From the NCBI GenBank assembly GCA_050613775.1, contig JBODTK010000016.1:1178001-1242000 (forward strand): a DNA stretch of 64,000 nucleotides, read 5' to 3'. This stretch comes from Neocallimastix sp. 'constans'. Its lineage: Eukaryota. Each line of letters begins with the position of its first letter. Position 1 is the first letter of the stretch. Shown piece by piece: positions 57,101 through 57,788 of the stretch. The position numbers were made by a program, and so were the translations under genes. The notes below the pieces were generated by a model, which was not told the origin of the DNA, ran no database searches, and saw only the letters and a list, made by a program, of their open reading frames with translations.

Positions 57101-57187
57101 ACAGTAGTTGAAAGTCCAAAAGAAAATAAATTTAAATCATACTTTGATAATGACAACACCAATGACAAACATTGTATAATTATGTAG
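18104..57187 (+). CDS. Giant 13,027-aa acidic repeat protein: PEVK-like linkers, ~80-90 beta-hairpin-like modules and a C-terminal CaaX motif; function unknown
   Basis: Single stop-free frame of 39,084 nt. ATG in an AAAATG context after an A-rich leader; strong coding-type codon bias; unique N- and C-terminal regions; ends ...DKHCIIM-TAG. No signal peptide or transmembrane segment is visible. Confidence 0.92.
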   Translation: MIGSSNFDKTKITNNKVSKTIKKVINANSENPEIVEETVYYNKDDVEKFENFEKQDFGIDAGANDVKKNVTIKEDENGTITKVVNIEYSLLEDDINNEGDAIIETSYLNEGDYIVDANGEKSFITNMDSIIMDETGGISFIEKPENIPRFNTTSVITTSQNNQGTQPEEENKAIETAIKTVIKGEKIVENEEDNVNTSANVNANTSISEHVKSILVLSEKDGNKSKIQNSIINNSNDINDSSTTTEVVVDPITGRKKHITKKVTRKVVTKNVSAADSQELLSEASRSAETPEGDISTTTEVVVDPVTGRKKFITKKVIRKVVTKNITKNVNKETPKKVINKKVTNNIPKKILKRKVISDKPRVVSTKELPNGEIQTTELVIDPKSGKKKYVTKRIIRKIITTNVIETDNDSESSYKEEIVEQKTFIEEPKEEIIDDEQKIINKEQLAEKQSNEKVKEEIVEIPSEVHGKKKFVKRIIKYITRVNPITGESEVVEDISEEPIEEIVIEKQPFEEQPVVEEVVSEVKEEIIPEQPVTEKLASEIKKEVDQEQPVEEIKEEIIEIPSEGSEKKKFIKRIIRYITRVNPVTGEKEVIEDVSEEPREEFLVSNEQPIEEQPVIEDAVSESKEEVIPEQPVVEEIVSEDKEEVIPEQPVEKIKEEVVEVPSEVPGKKKFIKRIIRYITRVNPDTGKNEVVSEKLVEEPVEEVKEEIVEVPSEVSGKKKYIKKIIRYITRVNPTTGENEIVENVIEEPREEIIAIEEKPVVSEDKEEVIPEQPTEEQPIVEQLDEEQLDEEQPVEEKPIEEKSIEEQPVVEEVISEIKEEVIPEQPVEEQPIEEQPVVEEIVSEIKEETIPEQPIEEQPVEEQSIEEQTVEEQPIKEQPVVEEVVSEDKEEAIPEQPVVEEVVSEDKEEAIPEQPVEEQPIVEEIVSEIKEETIPEQPIVEEIVSEIKEETIPEQPIEEQPIVEEIVSEIKEETIPEQPIKEQPVVEEVVSEDKEEAIPEQPVVEEVVSEDKEAIPEQPVEEQPIVEEIVSEIKEETIPEQPIKEQPIVEEVVSEDKEEAIPEQPNEEQPVVEEFVSEIKEEVIPEQPTEEQPVVEEVVSEIKEENVSKPENKKNVIYRVFKKSNKRRNRKNKKGELASENSLIIDDSKSEIISEEETEKLVEQPVNEEVYSEPKEEVASEIKEEAIPEQPIEEQPIEEQPIVEDVISEIKEEALPEQPILEQPTVEEVISEIKEEVIPEQPIKEKPIEEQPVVEEVVTEIKEEVIPEQPAEEQPVVEEVISEIKEENVSKPDNKKNVIYRVFKKSNKRRNRKNKKGELVSENSIISDESKSEIISEEETEKLVEQPVNEEVSSEPKEEVVNEIKEEAIPEQPIEEQPIEEQPIEEQPIEEQPIEEQPIEEQPIEEQPIEEQPIEEQPIEEQPIEEQPIEEQPIEEQPIEEQPIEEQPIEEQPVVEEIVNEIKEEVIPEQSIEEQPIEKQPVEKQPVVEEIVNEIKEEVIPEQSIEEIKEEVVEVPSEVPGKKKFIKRIIRYITRVNPDTGKNEVVSEKLVEEPVEEVKEEIIEVPSEVPGKKKYIKRIIRYITRVNPITGENEIVENVIEEPREEEIIAIEEKPVVEEVNSEDKEEAIQEQPTGEQPIVEQLDEEQLDEEQPVEEKPIEEKSIEEQPVVEEIVNEIKEEALPEQPIEEQPIEEQPVVEEIVNEIKEEALPEQPIEEQPIEEQPIEEQQVVEEVVSEIKEEALPEQPIEEQPIEEQPIEEQPVVEEVVTEIKEEIIPEQPAEEQPVVEEVISEIKEENVSKPDNKKNVIYRVFKKSNKRRNRKNKKGELVSENSIISDDSKSEIISEEETEKLVEQPVNEEVSSEPKEEVVNEIKEEAIPEQSIEEQPVEEKPIEEKSIEEQPVVEEVISEIKEEALPEQPVEEQTVEEQPIEEQPVVEEVVSEIKEEVIPEQPVYEQPVVEEVKEDNVSKQENKKNVIYRVFKKSNKRRNRKNKKGELASENSTISDDSKSEIISEEETEKLVEQPVNEEVSSEPKEEVVNEIKEEAIPEQPIEEQPVEKQSIEEQPIEEQPVEEQQIEEQPVVEEVISEIKEEVIPEQPTAEQPIVEQLDEERPVEEKSIEEKSIEEQPVVEEVISEIKEDALLEQPIEEQPIEEQPIEEQPIEEQPVVEEVVSEIKEEVIPEQPVYEQPVVEEVKEDNVSKPENKKNVIYRVFKKSNKRRNRKNKKGELVSENSIISDDSKSEIISEEETEKLVEQPVNEEVSSEPKEEVVNEIKEEAIPEQPIEEQPVEKQSIEEQPIEEQPVVEEVISEIKEEVIPEQPTGEQPIVEQLDEKQLDEEQPVEEKPIEEKPIEEKSIEEQPVVEEVISEIKEEVIPEQPVEEQSIEEQTVEEQPIEEQPVVEEVVSEIKEEVIPEQPVYEQPVVEEVKEDNVSKPENKKNVIYRVFKKSNKRRNRKNKKGELVSENSIISDDSKSEIISEEETEKLVEQPVNEEVSSEPKEEVVNEIKEEAIPEQPIEEQPIKEQPIEEQPIEEQPVVEEVISEIKEEVIPEQPTGEQPIVEQLDEKQLDEEQPVEEKPIEEKPIEEKPIEEQPVVEEVISEIKEEVIPEQPVEEQSIEEQTVEEQPIEEQPVVEEVVSEIKEEVIPEQPIYEQPVYEQPVYEQPVYEQPVYEQPVYEQPVVEEVKEDNVSKPENKKNVIYRVFKKSNKRRNRKNKKGELVSENSIISDDSKSEIISEEETEKLVEQPVNEEVSSEPKEEVVNEIKEEAIPEQPIEEQPVEKQSIEEQPIEEQPVVEEVISEIKEEVIPEQPTGEQPIVEQLDEKQLDEEQPVEEKPIEEKPIEEKSIEEQPVVEEVISEIKEEVIPEQPVEEQSIEEQTVEEQPIEEQPVVEEVVSEIKEEVIPEQPVYEQPVVEEVKEDNVSKPENKKNVIYRVFKKSNKRRNRKNKKGELANENSIISDDSKSEIISEEETEKLVEQPVNEEVSSEPKEEVVNEIKEEAIPEQPIEEQPVEKQSIEEQPVEEQQIEEQPIEEQPVVEEVISEIKEEVIPEQPTGEQPIVEQLDEEQLDEEQPVEEKPVEEKSIEEQPVVEEVVSEIKEEALSEQPIEEQPIEEQTVEEQTVEEQLVVEEIVSEIKEEVIPEQPVYEQPVVEEVKENNVSKPENKKNAIYRVFKKSNKRRNRKNKKGELVSENSIISDDSKSEIISEEETEKLVEQPVNEEVSSEPKEEVVNEIKEEAIPEQPIEEQPIEEQPIEKQSIEEQPIEEQLIEEQPVVEEVVSEIKEEVIPEQPTGEQPIVEQLDEEQPVEEKPIEEKSIEEQPVVEEVISEIKEEVIPERPIEEQPIEEQPVVEEVVSEIKEEVIPEQPVYEQPVVEEIVNEIKEEVIPEQSIEEQSIKEQSIEEQPIEEQPVVEEIVNEIKEEVIPEQSIEEQPIEEQPVVEDVVSEIKEEVIPEQSTEEQPVVEEVVNEVKEEIVEVPSSELGKKKFVKRIIKYITRINPVTGEKEVVKEQPIEEQVNEVKEEVVEVPSSEPGKKKYIKRIIRYITIINPITGEKEVVEEPVEEIPVEEVSSEPKEEEVLENKQIEEQQVEEKPVKEVREEIVEVPSEPKEEVDKEQPIEQTVVENVVEEQPIVEEQPIEQPVVEVVEEVASEQSVEEQPIEQPVVEEKPVEEKPVEEQPIVEEASSETKEEVVEEKPIEQSIVEEVVENVVEEQPKEEVKEEIVEVPTEEPGRKRFIKRIIKYITRKNPVTGEEEVIEEVASEQPVEEQPVEEVSSEPKEEIASEQSIEKPIVEEVVETVIEEQPKEEVKEEIVEVPTEEPGRKRFIKRIIKYITRKNPVTGEEEVVEEVASEQHVEEQPVEEVSSEPKEEIASEQPIEKPIVEEIVETVVEEQPKEEVKEEIVEVPTEEPGRKRFIKRIIKYITRKNPVTGEEEVVEEVASEQPVEEQPVEQPIVEEVVETVVEEQPTEQPVEEVSSEPKEEITEEQPIKQPIVEEVVETVVEEQSTELPVEKVSSEPKEEIAEEQPIEQPVEEVSSEPKEEIIEEQPIEQPVVEEVVATVVEEQPTEQPVEEVSSEPKEEIIEEQPIEQPVVEEVVATVVEEQPAEQPDEEVSSEPKEEIAEEQPIEQSVVEEVVETVVEEQSTELPVEKVSSEPKEEIAEEQPIEQPVVEEVIETVVEEKPIEQPEVEEVVETVVEEQPTEQQVVEEVVETVVEEQPTEQPVEEVSSEPKEEIIEEQPTEQPVEEVSSEPKEEIIEEQPVVEEVVATVVEEQSAEQPDEEVSSEPKEEIVEEQPIEQPVVETVVEEQPKEEVKEEIVEVPTEEPGRKRFIKRINKYITIKNPVTGEEEVVEEVASEQPVDEEVVETVVEEQPTEQPVEEVSSEPKEEIAEEKPIKQPVVEEVVETIIEEQPEISSEPKEEIIEEQPIEQPVVEEVVEIVVEEQPTEQPVEEVSSEPKEEIAEEQRIEQPVIEEIIETVVEEQPKEEVKEEVLEVPTEEPGRKRFIKRIIKYITRKNPVTGEEEVVEEVASEQPVEEQPVEEVSSEPKEEFTEEQPIEQPVVEEVVETVVEEQTTEQPVEEVSSEPKEEIAEEQPIEQPVVEEVVVTVVEEQPKEEIKEEIVEVPTEEPGRKRFIKRIIKYITKKNPVTGEEEVVEEVASEQPVEEQPVEEVSSEPKEEFTEEQPIEPPVVEEDVETVVEEQTTEQPVEEVSSEPKEEIAEEQPIEQPVVEEVVETVIEEQPKEEVKEEIVEVPTEEPGRKRFIKRIIKYITIKNPVTGEEEVVEEVASEQPVEEQPVEQPVEQPVEQSVDEEVVETVVEEQPTEKPVEEVSSEPKEEIIEKQPIEQPIVEEVVETVVEEQPKEEVKEEIVEVPTEEPGRKRFIKRIIKYINRKNPVTGEEEVVEEVASEQPVEEQPVEQPIVEEVVETVVEEQPTEQPVEEVSSEPKEEFTEEQPIEQPVVEEVVETVVEEQPTDQPVEEVSSEPKEEIAEEQPIEQPVVEEVVETVIEEQPKEEVKEEIVEVPTEEPGRKRFIKRIIKYITIKNPVTGEEEVVEEVASEQPVEEQPVEQPVEQPVEQSVDEEVVETVVEEQPTEKPVEEVSSEPKEEIIEKQPIEQPIVEEVVETVVEEQPKEEVKEEIVEVPTEEPGRKRFIKRIIKYINRKNPVTGEEEVVEEVASEQPVEEQPVEQPIVEEVVETVVEEQPTEQPVEEVSSEPKEEFTEEQPIEQPVVEEVVETVVEEQPTDQPVEEVSSEPKEEIAEEQPIEQPVVEEVVETVIEEQPKEEVKEEIVEVPTEEPGRKRFIKRIIKYITIKNPVTGEEEVVEEVASEQPVEEQPVEQPVEQPVEQSVDEEVVETVVEEQPTEKPVEEVSSEPKEEIIEKQPIEQPIVEEVVETVVEEQPKEEVKEEIVEVPTEEPGRKRFIKRIIKYINRKNPVTGEEEVVEEVASEQPVEEISSEPKEEIAEEQPIEQQVVEEVVETVVEEQPTEQPVEEISSEPKKEIIEEQPVVEEVVETVVEEQPTEQSVVEEVVETIFEEQPEISSEPKEEIDEEQPIKQPVVEEVVETVVEEQPVKEQPIVEEVKEEIVEVPTKEPGRKRFIKRIIKYITRKNPITGEEEVVEEVASERPVEEKPIEQPVVEEVVETVVEEQPEVSSEPKEEIVEEQLIEQPVVEEVVEEQSVEEQPLEEQPIVEEVVEEVSSEPEEEAIEEQPTEQPVVEEVVETIVEEQPEISSEPKEEIDEEQPFEQPVIEEVVETVVEEQPVEEQPIVEEVKEEIIEVPTEEPSRKSFIKRIFKYITKKNPVTGEEEVVEEIASEQPVEEQPVVEEVVEEQSVEEQSVEEQPVEEQSIIEEIVEEQPIEQSVVKEVVENVVEEQTVEEQPVFEKVDKEQPIEQTVFEEVSSEPKEEVHEEPVVEEVVETFIEEQSVEEQPIEENPVEGEKKPGFLDKLAQKITDLVEPKDKVEEKTTEEKPNEEKPNEEKPIEEKPVEEVSSEQKEEVVEEQPIEEQPVTLEDKPVEEPVSEVKEEVVEVPSSEPGKKKFIKRIIKYITRINPTTGEKEVVEEQPIEEPVSEVKEEVVEVPSSEPGKKKFIKRIIKYITRINSTTGEKEVVEEPVEEIPIEEVSSEPKEEVVLEDKPTEEEPVEEQPVVEQVTKVVEEQSIEEKPTEEKPVESEKKPGFLDKLAQKITDLVEPKDEVEEKPTEEKPTEEKPNEEKPIEEKPVEEVSSEQKEEVVEEQPIEEQPFKEQPIEEQPVTLEDKPVEELVSEVKEEIVEVPSSEPGKKKFIKRIIKYITRINPTTGEKEVVEEQPIEEPVNEVKEEVVEVPSSEPGKKKFIKRIIRYITIINPTTGEKEVVEEPVEEIPIEEVSSEPKEEVVLEDKPTEEEPVEEQPVVEQVTEVVEEQPIEEQPIEEQPIEEQPVTLEDKPVEELVSEVKEEIVEVPSSEPGKKKFIKRIIKNITRINPTTGEKEVVEEQPIEEPVNEVKEEVVEVPSSEPGKKKFIKRIIRYITIINPTTGEKEVVEEPVEEIPIEEVSSEPKEEVVLEDKPTEEEPVEEQPVVEQITEVVEEQLIEEKPNEEKPVESEKKPGFLDKLAQKITDLVEPKDEVEEKPIEEKPIEEVSSEQKEEVIEEQPIEEQPVTLEDKQVEEPVSEVKEEVVEVPSSEPGKKKFIKRIIRYITRINPTTGEKEVVEEPVEEIPIEEVSSEPKEKVVLEGKPTEEEPVEEQPVVEQITEVVEEQSIEEKPTEEKPVESKKKPGFLDKLAQKITDLVEPKDEVEEKPIEEKPVEEVSSEQKEEVIEEQLIEEQPIEEQPIEEQPIEEQPIEEQPIEEQPIEEQPIEEQPIEEQPIEEQPIEEQPIEEKPIEEQPIEEQPVTLEDKPVEEPVSEVKEEFVEVPSSEPGKKKFIKRIIRYITRINPNTGRKEVVEEPVEEIPIEEVSSEPKEKVVLEGKPTEEEPVEEQPVVEQITEVVEEQLIEEKPTEEQPIEEQPIEEQPVTLKDKPVEEPVGEVKEEVVEVPSSEPGKKKFIKRIIKYITRINPTTGEKEVVEEQPIEEPVSEVKEEIVEVPSSEPGKKKFIKRIIRYITIINPNTGEKEIVEEPVEEVPVEEVSSEPKEEVVLEDKPTEEEPVEEQPVVEQVTEVVEEQLIEEKPTEEKPVESEKKPGFLDKLAQKITDLVEPKDEVEEKPIEEKPIEEVSSEQKEEVIEKQPIEEQPIEEQLIEEQPIEEQPVTLEDKQVEEPVSEVKEEVVEVPSSESGKKKFIKRIIRYITRINPNTGRKEIVEEPVEEIPIEEVSSEPKEEVVLEDKPTEEEPVEEQPVVEQVIEVVEEQSIEEKPTEEKPVESKKKPGLIDKLAQKITDLVEPKDEVEEKPIEEKPVEEVSSEQKEEVIEEEPIEEQSIEEQPIEEQPIEEQPIEEQPIEEQPIEEQPIEEKSIEEKSIEEQPIEEQPVTLEDKPVEEPVSEVKEVFVEVPSSEPGKKKFIKRIIRYITRINPNTGRKEFVEEPVEEIPIEEVSSEPKEKVVLEGKPTEEEPVEEQPVVEQITEVVEEQSIEEKPTEEKPVESKKKPGFLDKLAQKITDLVEPKDEVEEKPTEEKPNEEKPIEEKPVEEVTSEQKEEVVEEQPIEEQPIEEQPIEEQPIEEQPVTLEDKPVEELVSEVKEEVVEVPSSEPGKKKFIKRIIKYITRINPTTGEKEVVEEQPIEEPVNEVKEEVVEVPSSEPGKKKFIKRIIRYITIINPTTGEKEVVEEPVEEIPIEEVSSEPKEEVVLEDKPTEEEPVEEQPVVEQITEVVEEQLIEEKPNEEKPVESEKKPGFLDKLAQKITDLVEPKDEVEEKPIEEKPIEEVSSEQKEEVIEEQPIEEQPVTLEDKQVEEPVSEVKEEVVEVPSSEPGKKKFIKRIIRYITRINPTTGEKEVVEEPVEEIPIEEVSSEPKEKVVLEGKPTEEEPVEEQPVVEQITEVVEEQSIEEKPTEEKPVESKKKPGFLDKLAQKITDLVEPKDEVEEKPIEEKPVEEVSSEQKEEVIEEQLIEEQPIEEQPIEEQPIEEQPIEEQPIEEQPIEEQPIEEQPIEEQPIEEQPIEEQPIEEKPIEEQPIEEQPVTLEDKPVEEPVSEVKEEFVEVPSSEPGKKKFIKRIIRYITRINPNTGRKEVVEEPVEEIPIEEVSSEPKEKVVLEGKPTEEEPVEEQPVVEQITEVVEEQLIEEKPTEEQPIEEQPIEEQPVTLKDKPVEEPVGEVKEEVVEVPSSEPGKKKFIKRIIKYITRINPTTGEKEVVEEQPIEEPVSEVKEEIVEVPSSEPGKKKFIKRIIRYITIINPNTGEKEIVEEPVEEVPVEEVSSEPKEEVVLEDKPTEEEPVEEQPVVEQVTEVVEEQLIEEKPTEEKPVESEKKPGFLDKLAQKITDLVEPKDEVEEKPIEEKPIEEVSSEQKEEVIEKQPIEEQPIEEQLIEEQPIEEQPVTLEDKQVEEPVSEVKEEVVEVPSSESGKKKFIKRIIRYITRINPNTGRKEIVEEPVEEIPIEEVSSEPKEEVVLEDKPTEEEPVEEQPVVEQVIEVVEEQSIEEKPTEEKPVESKKKPGLLDKLAQKITDLVEPKDEVEEKPIEEKPVEEVSSEQKEEVIEEEPIEEQSIEEQPIEEQPIEEQPIEEQPIEEQPIEEQPIEEQPIEEKSIEEKSIEEQPIEEQPVTLEDKPVEEPVSEVKEEFVEVPSSEPGKKKFIKRIIRYITRINPNTGRKEVVEEPVEEIPIEEVSSEPKEKVVLEGKPTEEEPVEEQPVVEQITEVVEEQLIEEKPTEEQPIEEQPIEEQPVTLKDKPVEEPVGEVKEEVVEVPSSEPGKKKFIKRIIKYITRINPTTGEKEVVEEQPIEEPVNEVKEEIVEVPSSEPDKKKFIKRIIRYITIINPNTGEKEIVEEPVEEIPIEEVSSEPKEEVVLEDKPTEEEPVEEQPVVEQVTEVVEEQSIEEKPTEEKPVESEKKPGFLDKLAQKITDLVEPKDEVEEKPTEEKPNEEKPIEEKPVEEVTSEQKEEVVEEQPIEEQPIEEQPIEEQPIEEQPIEEQPIEEQPIEEQPYEEQPIEEQPIEEKPIEEQPIEEQPVTLEDKPVEEPVSEVKEEFVEVPSSESDKKKFIKRIIRYITIINPNTGEKEIVEEPVEEVPIEEVSSEPKEEVVLEDKPTEEEPVEEQPVVEQVTEVVEEQSIEEKPTEEKPVESEKKPGFLDKLAQKITDLVEPKDEVEEKPTEEKPNEEKPIEEKPVEEVTSEQKEEVVKEQPIEEQPIEEQPIEEQPIEEQPVTLEDKPVEELVSEVKEEVVEVPSSEPGKKKFIKRIIRYITIINPNTGEKEIVEEPVEEVPIEEVSSEPKEEVVLEDKPTEEEPVEEQPVVEQVTEVVEEQSIEEKPTEEKPVESEKKPGFLDKLAQKITDLVEPKDEVEEKPTEEKPNEEKPIEEKPVEEVTSEQKEEVVEEQPIEEQPIEEQPIEEQPIEEQPIEEQPIEEQPIEEQPIEEQTIEEQPIEEQPVTLEDKPVEELVSEVKEEVVEVPSSETGKKKFIKRIIKYITRINPTTGEKEIVEEQQIEEPVSEVKEEVVEVPSSEPGKKKFIKRIIRYITIINPTTGEKEVVEEPVEEVPIEEVSSEPKEEVVLEDKPIEEEQIEEQPIVEQVTEVVEEQSIEEKQTKEKPVESKKKPGFLDKLAQKITDLVEPKDEVEEKPIEEKPIEEVSSEQKEEVVEEQPIEEQPVTLEDKPVEEPVSEVKEEVVEVPSSEPGKKKFIKRIIRYINRINPNTGRKEIVEEPVEEIPIEEVSSEPKEEVVLEDKPTEEEPVEEQPVVEQVIEVVEEQSIEEKPTEEKPVESKKKPGLLDKLAQKITDLVEPKDEVEEKPIEEKPVEEVSSEQKEEVVEEQPIEEQPIEEQPIEEQPIEEQPIEEQPVTLEDKPVEEPVSEVKEEVIEVPSSEPGKKKFIKRIIKYITRINPTTGEKEIVEEQQIEEPVSEVKEEVVEVPSSEPGKKKFIKRIIRYITRINPNTSRKEVVEEPVEEVPVEEVFSEPKEEVIFEDKPTEEELVEEQPVVENVTEVVEEKPIEEKPNEESVSEVKEEIVEVPSSEPDKKKFIKRVIRYITRINPTTGEKEVVEEQPIEEPVNEVKEEVIEVPSSEPGKKKFVKRIIRYITIINPTTGRKEVVEEPVEEVPVEEVSSEPKKEVILEEKPTEEQTNEEQPVEEQSVEEKPIEEQPVEEQPIEEPLSEVKEEIVEVPSLEPGKRKYLKRIVKYIKKINPSTGKKEIIAEQIINEEPVENISTEPKGEEVLEDKPTEEQPIEVQPVEEQSIEEKPIEEQPVEEQPIEEPLSEVKEEIIEVPSGEPGKRKYLKRIVKYIKKINPSTGEKEIIAEQIVNEEPVENISTEPKGEEVLEDKPTEEQSIEVQPVEEQSVEEKPIEEQPVEEQPIEKQPVEEQPIEEPFSEVKEEIVEVPSGEPGKRKYLKRIVKYIKKINPSTGEKEIIAEQIINEEPVENISTEPKGEEVLEDKPTEEQPIEVQPVKEQSVEEKPIEEQPVEEQPIEEPLSEVKEEIVEVPYGEPGKRKYLKRIVKYIKKINPSTGEKEIIAEQIINEEPVENISTEPKGEEVLEDKPTEEQPIEVQPVEEQSVEEKPIEEQPVEEQPIEKQPVEEQPIEEPLSEIKEEIVEIPSGEPGKRKYLKRIVKYIKKINPSTGEKEIIAEQIVNEEPVENISTEPKGEEVLEDKPTEEQPIEVQPVEEQSVEEKPIEEQPVEEQPIEKQPVEEQPVEEQPIEEPFSEVKEEIVEVPSGEPGKRKYLKRIVKYIKKISPSTGEKEIIAEQIVNEEPVENISTEPKGEEVLEDKPTEEQPIEVQPVEEQSVEEKPIEEQPVEEQPIEKQPVEEQPIEEPLSEIKEEIVEVPSGEPGKRKYLKRIVKYIKKINPSTGEKEIIAEQIVKEEPVENVSIEPKIEVLEDKPTEEQPIEEQPVKEKPIEEKPVEEQSIEEPLSEVKEEIVEVPSGEPGKRKYLKRIVKYIKKINPSTGEKEIIAEQIVKEEPVENVSNEPKIEEILEDKPTEEQPIEVQPVEEQSVAVQPVEKQPVEKQPVEEQQIEKQTVEEQTVEEQPIEEPFSEVKEEIVEVPSGEPGKRKYLKRIVKYIKKINPSTGEKEIIAEQIVNEEPVENISTEPKGEEVLEDKPTEEQPIEVQPVEEQSVEEKPIEEQPIEEPLSEIKEEIVEVPSGEQGKRKYLKRIVKYIKKINPSTGEKEIIAEQIVKEEPVENVSTEPKGEEVLEDKLIEEQSIEVQPVVEPIVEQVTEIVEEKPIKKQPVDLENKPFEEPVNNIKEEIIEVPSKEPGKKKFIKRIIRYITRINPITGEKEVVEEQPIEEQVSEVKEEIIEVPSSEPGKKKFIKRIIRYITRINTTTGEKEVVEEKVEEVPVEEVSSEPKEEEVLESKPIEEQLVEKQPIEEKPVEEPINEVKEEIVEVPSGEPGKRKFLKRIVKYIKKINPNTGEKEIIAEQIVKEEPVEEPIKESVKEQVNENVNEEKPNKELIEKINTEKVDQVPIKKIILEPKKEIIKGNKMVNEKVIETPVSEVREEIVEVPSGEPGKRKFLKRIVKYIKKINPNTGEKEIIAEQIVKEEPVEEQVNENITEVKPNEELIEKINTEKVEQVPIKKIIPEPKKEIIKGNKIVNEKVIETPVSEVKEEIVEVPSGEPGKRKFLKRIVKYIKKINPNTGEKEIIAEQIVKEEPVEEPIKESVKEEYIEIPHEETDKKKYVKRTVKYVRRINSNNNGKENKVKPKKSEVMKNSITNDEMQVTRRVITEYITIEDEENEQDKVKDTELETENIVTENEGEEISYVTKAVVTELVALIESESEDEDENKKKLNKVIVENEEKETIEQNNIKKEIIEKEKRTKRNKDKLFNNLKIDFTKSKKQLKENIDILIENKNAEVIKKVEDIESEEDKEKTPINRRITRYKINPVTREKEVINRHIENDSQDLYTIREEIVEIPTENSNKRFVKKIIKSIIRINPTTGEKEIVDETSIDKPIEQFDQPISTLREEIVEAPSEEPGKKRFIKKIMRYFIKINPLTGEKEIIDGQQNSVISTKEEIEEVQDENERTDNAKYIKRIIRYRINSSTGEKEMIEEPIEHILEEPMSSIKEEIIELPLNKLGKRRFIKRIIKYITRVNPITGESEVIEDNIVEEPIEKFDKPIYTIKEEIVEIPTYEPGKKRFIKKIIRSCIKINPDTGEREILDENQIQNSSENPTEKPKVSTYSKRIIKYKFNSTTGQEEVIHEQNSNDLVKQDLEESVITVVEGLVEVPSNKYGKKAFAKRIIKYLTKINTTTGEKEVFEEESIVEPIEQESGKPVVIIREAIVEVPSKGSNRKSFIKKIIRYLIKINIITGEKEIVGKQQFEEPIINVKEEIVDIPTEEINTNYSKRITRYRINPVTGEREIINEQELKNKKSEGQYNGRETEGIKEEIVEIPSNEIGKSKFIKRTIKYTTRINPITGKKEIKEEDPIEETVEQSAEPETYIKKEIIEVPSDVPGKTKIVKRTNKYIYRVNPYTGEKEIVGEQTFDEPYEYVSKEVVTFNEEIVEAPYSEPSKKRYMKRTIKYITKVNLTTGEKNIVGKQQMDKPIQDSDKPVTLIKEEIVEVPSEIQDKRNFIKRIIKYVIDINPVTNERKIIERQSIEEPIESFKYLNLSEVKFTKSEEDDFTEGNSVIDKLKSSLLANNNEENYEINYDETVDEESYNGKELIDQIKNALTFDDVKSDDISDLDNKIIPSSTEDKKEIIYKNYKEYENYIDNESATYKNQYESSYNHLTDQNNKTIDEEKILKRLPEHDDEYIVVENNIIEQDVIPEEELASTNEKHYLKRKPDLNFLFTNTNYEDTEKTNIVDESKTVRPKTSKKQIESSLEDATCCGVKKIRFDKKSKIDDEIDEQKEKVEVVKNHKNKESRRSKSFRKRNSKKIVKKENENEDDIYINGASTVVESPKENKFKSYFDNDNTNDKHCIIM
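21420..27850 (+). repeat. Intragenic zone with 9 copies of a unit containing NKKNVIYRVFKKSNKRRNRKNKKGEL
   Basis: Copies near 21450, 21995, 23525, 24035, 24735, 25435, 26205, 26905 and 27620. The later copies have a period of about 699-774 bp. Confidence 0.95.
22229..22468 (+). repeat. Perfect coding minisatellite (CCAATTGAAGAACAA)x16 encoding (PIEEQ)16
   Basis: 240 bp of exact 15-mers. Shorter arrays of the same unit occur throughout the ORF. Confidence 0.97.
29280..35600 (+). repeat. Intragenic zone with about 14 modules of type EEIVEVPTEEPGRKRFIKRIIKYITRKNPVTGEEE, including an 813-bp near-perfect tandem triplication (~32260-34490)
   Basis: Identical shadow ORFs at 32472/33285/34098 and 32861/33674 (offset 813). 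Confidence 0.93.
35960..48750 (+). repeat. Intragenic zone with about 31 PSSEPGKKK modules and 16 KKPGFLDKLAQKITDLVEPKD motifs, including a ~3.4 kb near-identical duplication at offset 3681
   Basis: Identical shadow ORFs at 37939/41620, 38449/42130 and 39926/43607. Motifs counted by eye. Confidence 0.93.
48850..53400 (+). repeat. Intragenic zone of PSGEPGKRK(Y/F)LKRIVKYIKKINP(S/N)TGEKEIIAEQI modules, period about 290-370 bp
   Basis: About 13 copies visible in the translation and DNA. Confidence 0.93.
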
Positions 57188-57670
57188 GCTCTATTAACTT
57201 TTTAATATATAATTATTATACTATAAATATATTTTGAGCATTTTAAATTTTTATTTTTTATTTTTTATAAAAAAAAAAAAAAAAAAAAAATGAAATAAAA
57301 TAAAATAAAAATAAAAATAAAAATAAAATGAAATAAAATAAAAAAAAATAAAAAAAAAATAAAATAAAACAAAATAAAATTATGGAATAGAATAGATAAT
57401 ATAAAAATAAAATAAAATAAAATAAAAAAATAAAAATAAAAATAAAAATAAAAATAAAAATAAAAATAAAAATAAAAATAAAAATAAAAATTTATATGTA
57501 AATTAATATTTTTAATAATTATAAAAAAAAAAAATTTGAAGCTTAATATTTTATAGTAAAATTATTATATTCAACCTAATCGAATTAAATATTTTTTATA
57601 CTAATATTTTTTATTACATTACTATTATAATTTTTTATAAACAATTATTAATCATATAATAAAGTATAAC

Positions 57671-57788
<118 letters not shown>

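Noticed and set aside
18104..57187. Naming the giant ORF titin, or a secreted/surface antigen
   Set aside because: No Ig, Fn3 or kinase domains, and no signal peptide, TM or GPI signal visible. The similarity to PEVK or Glu-rich antigens is compositional only.
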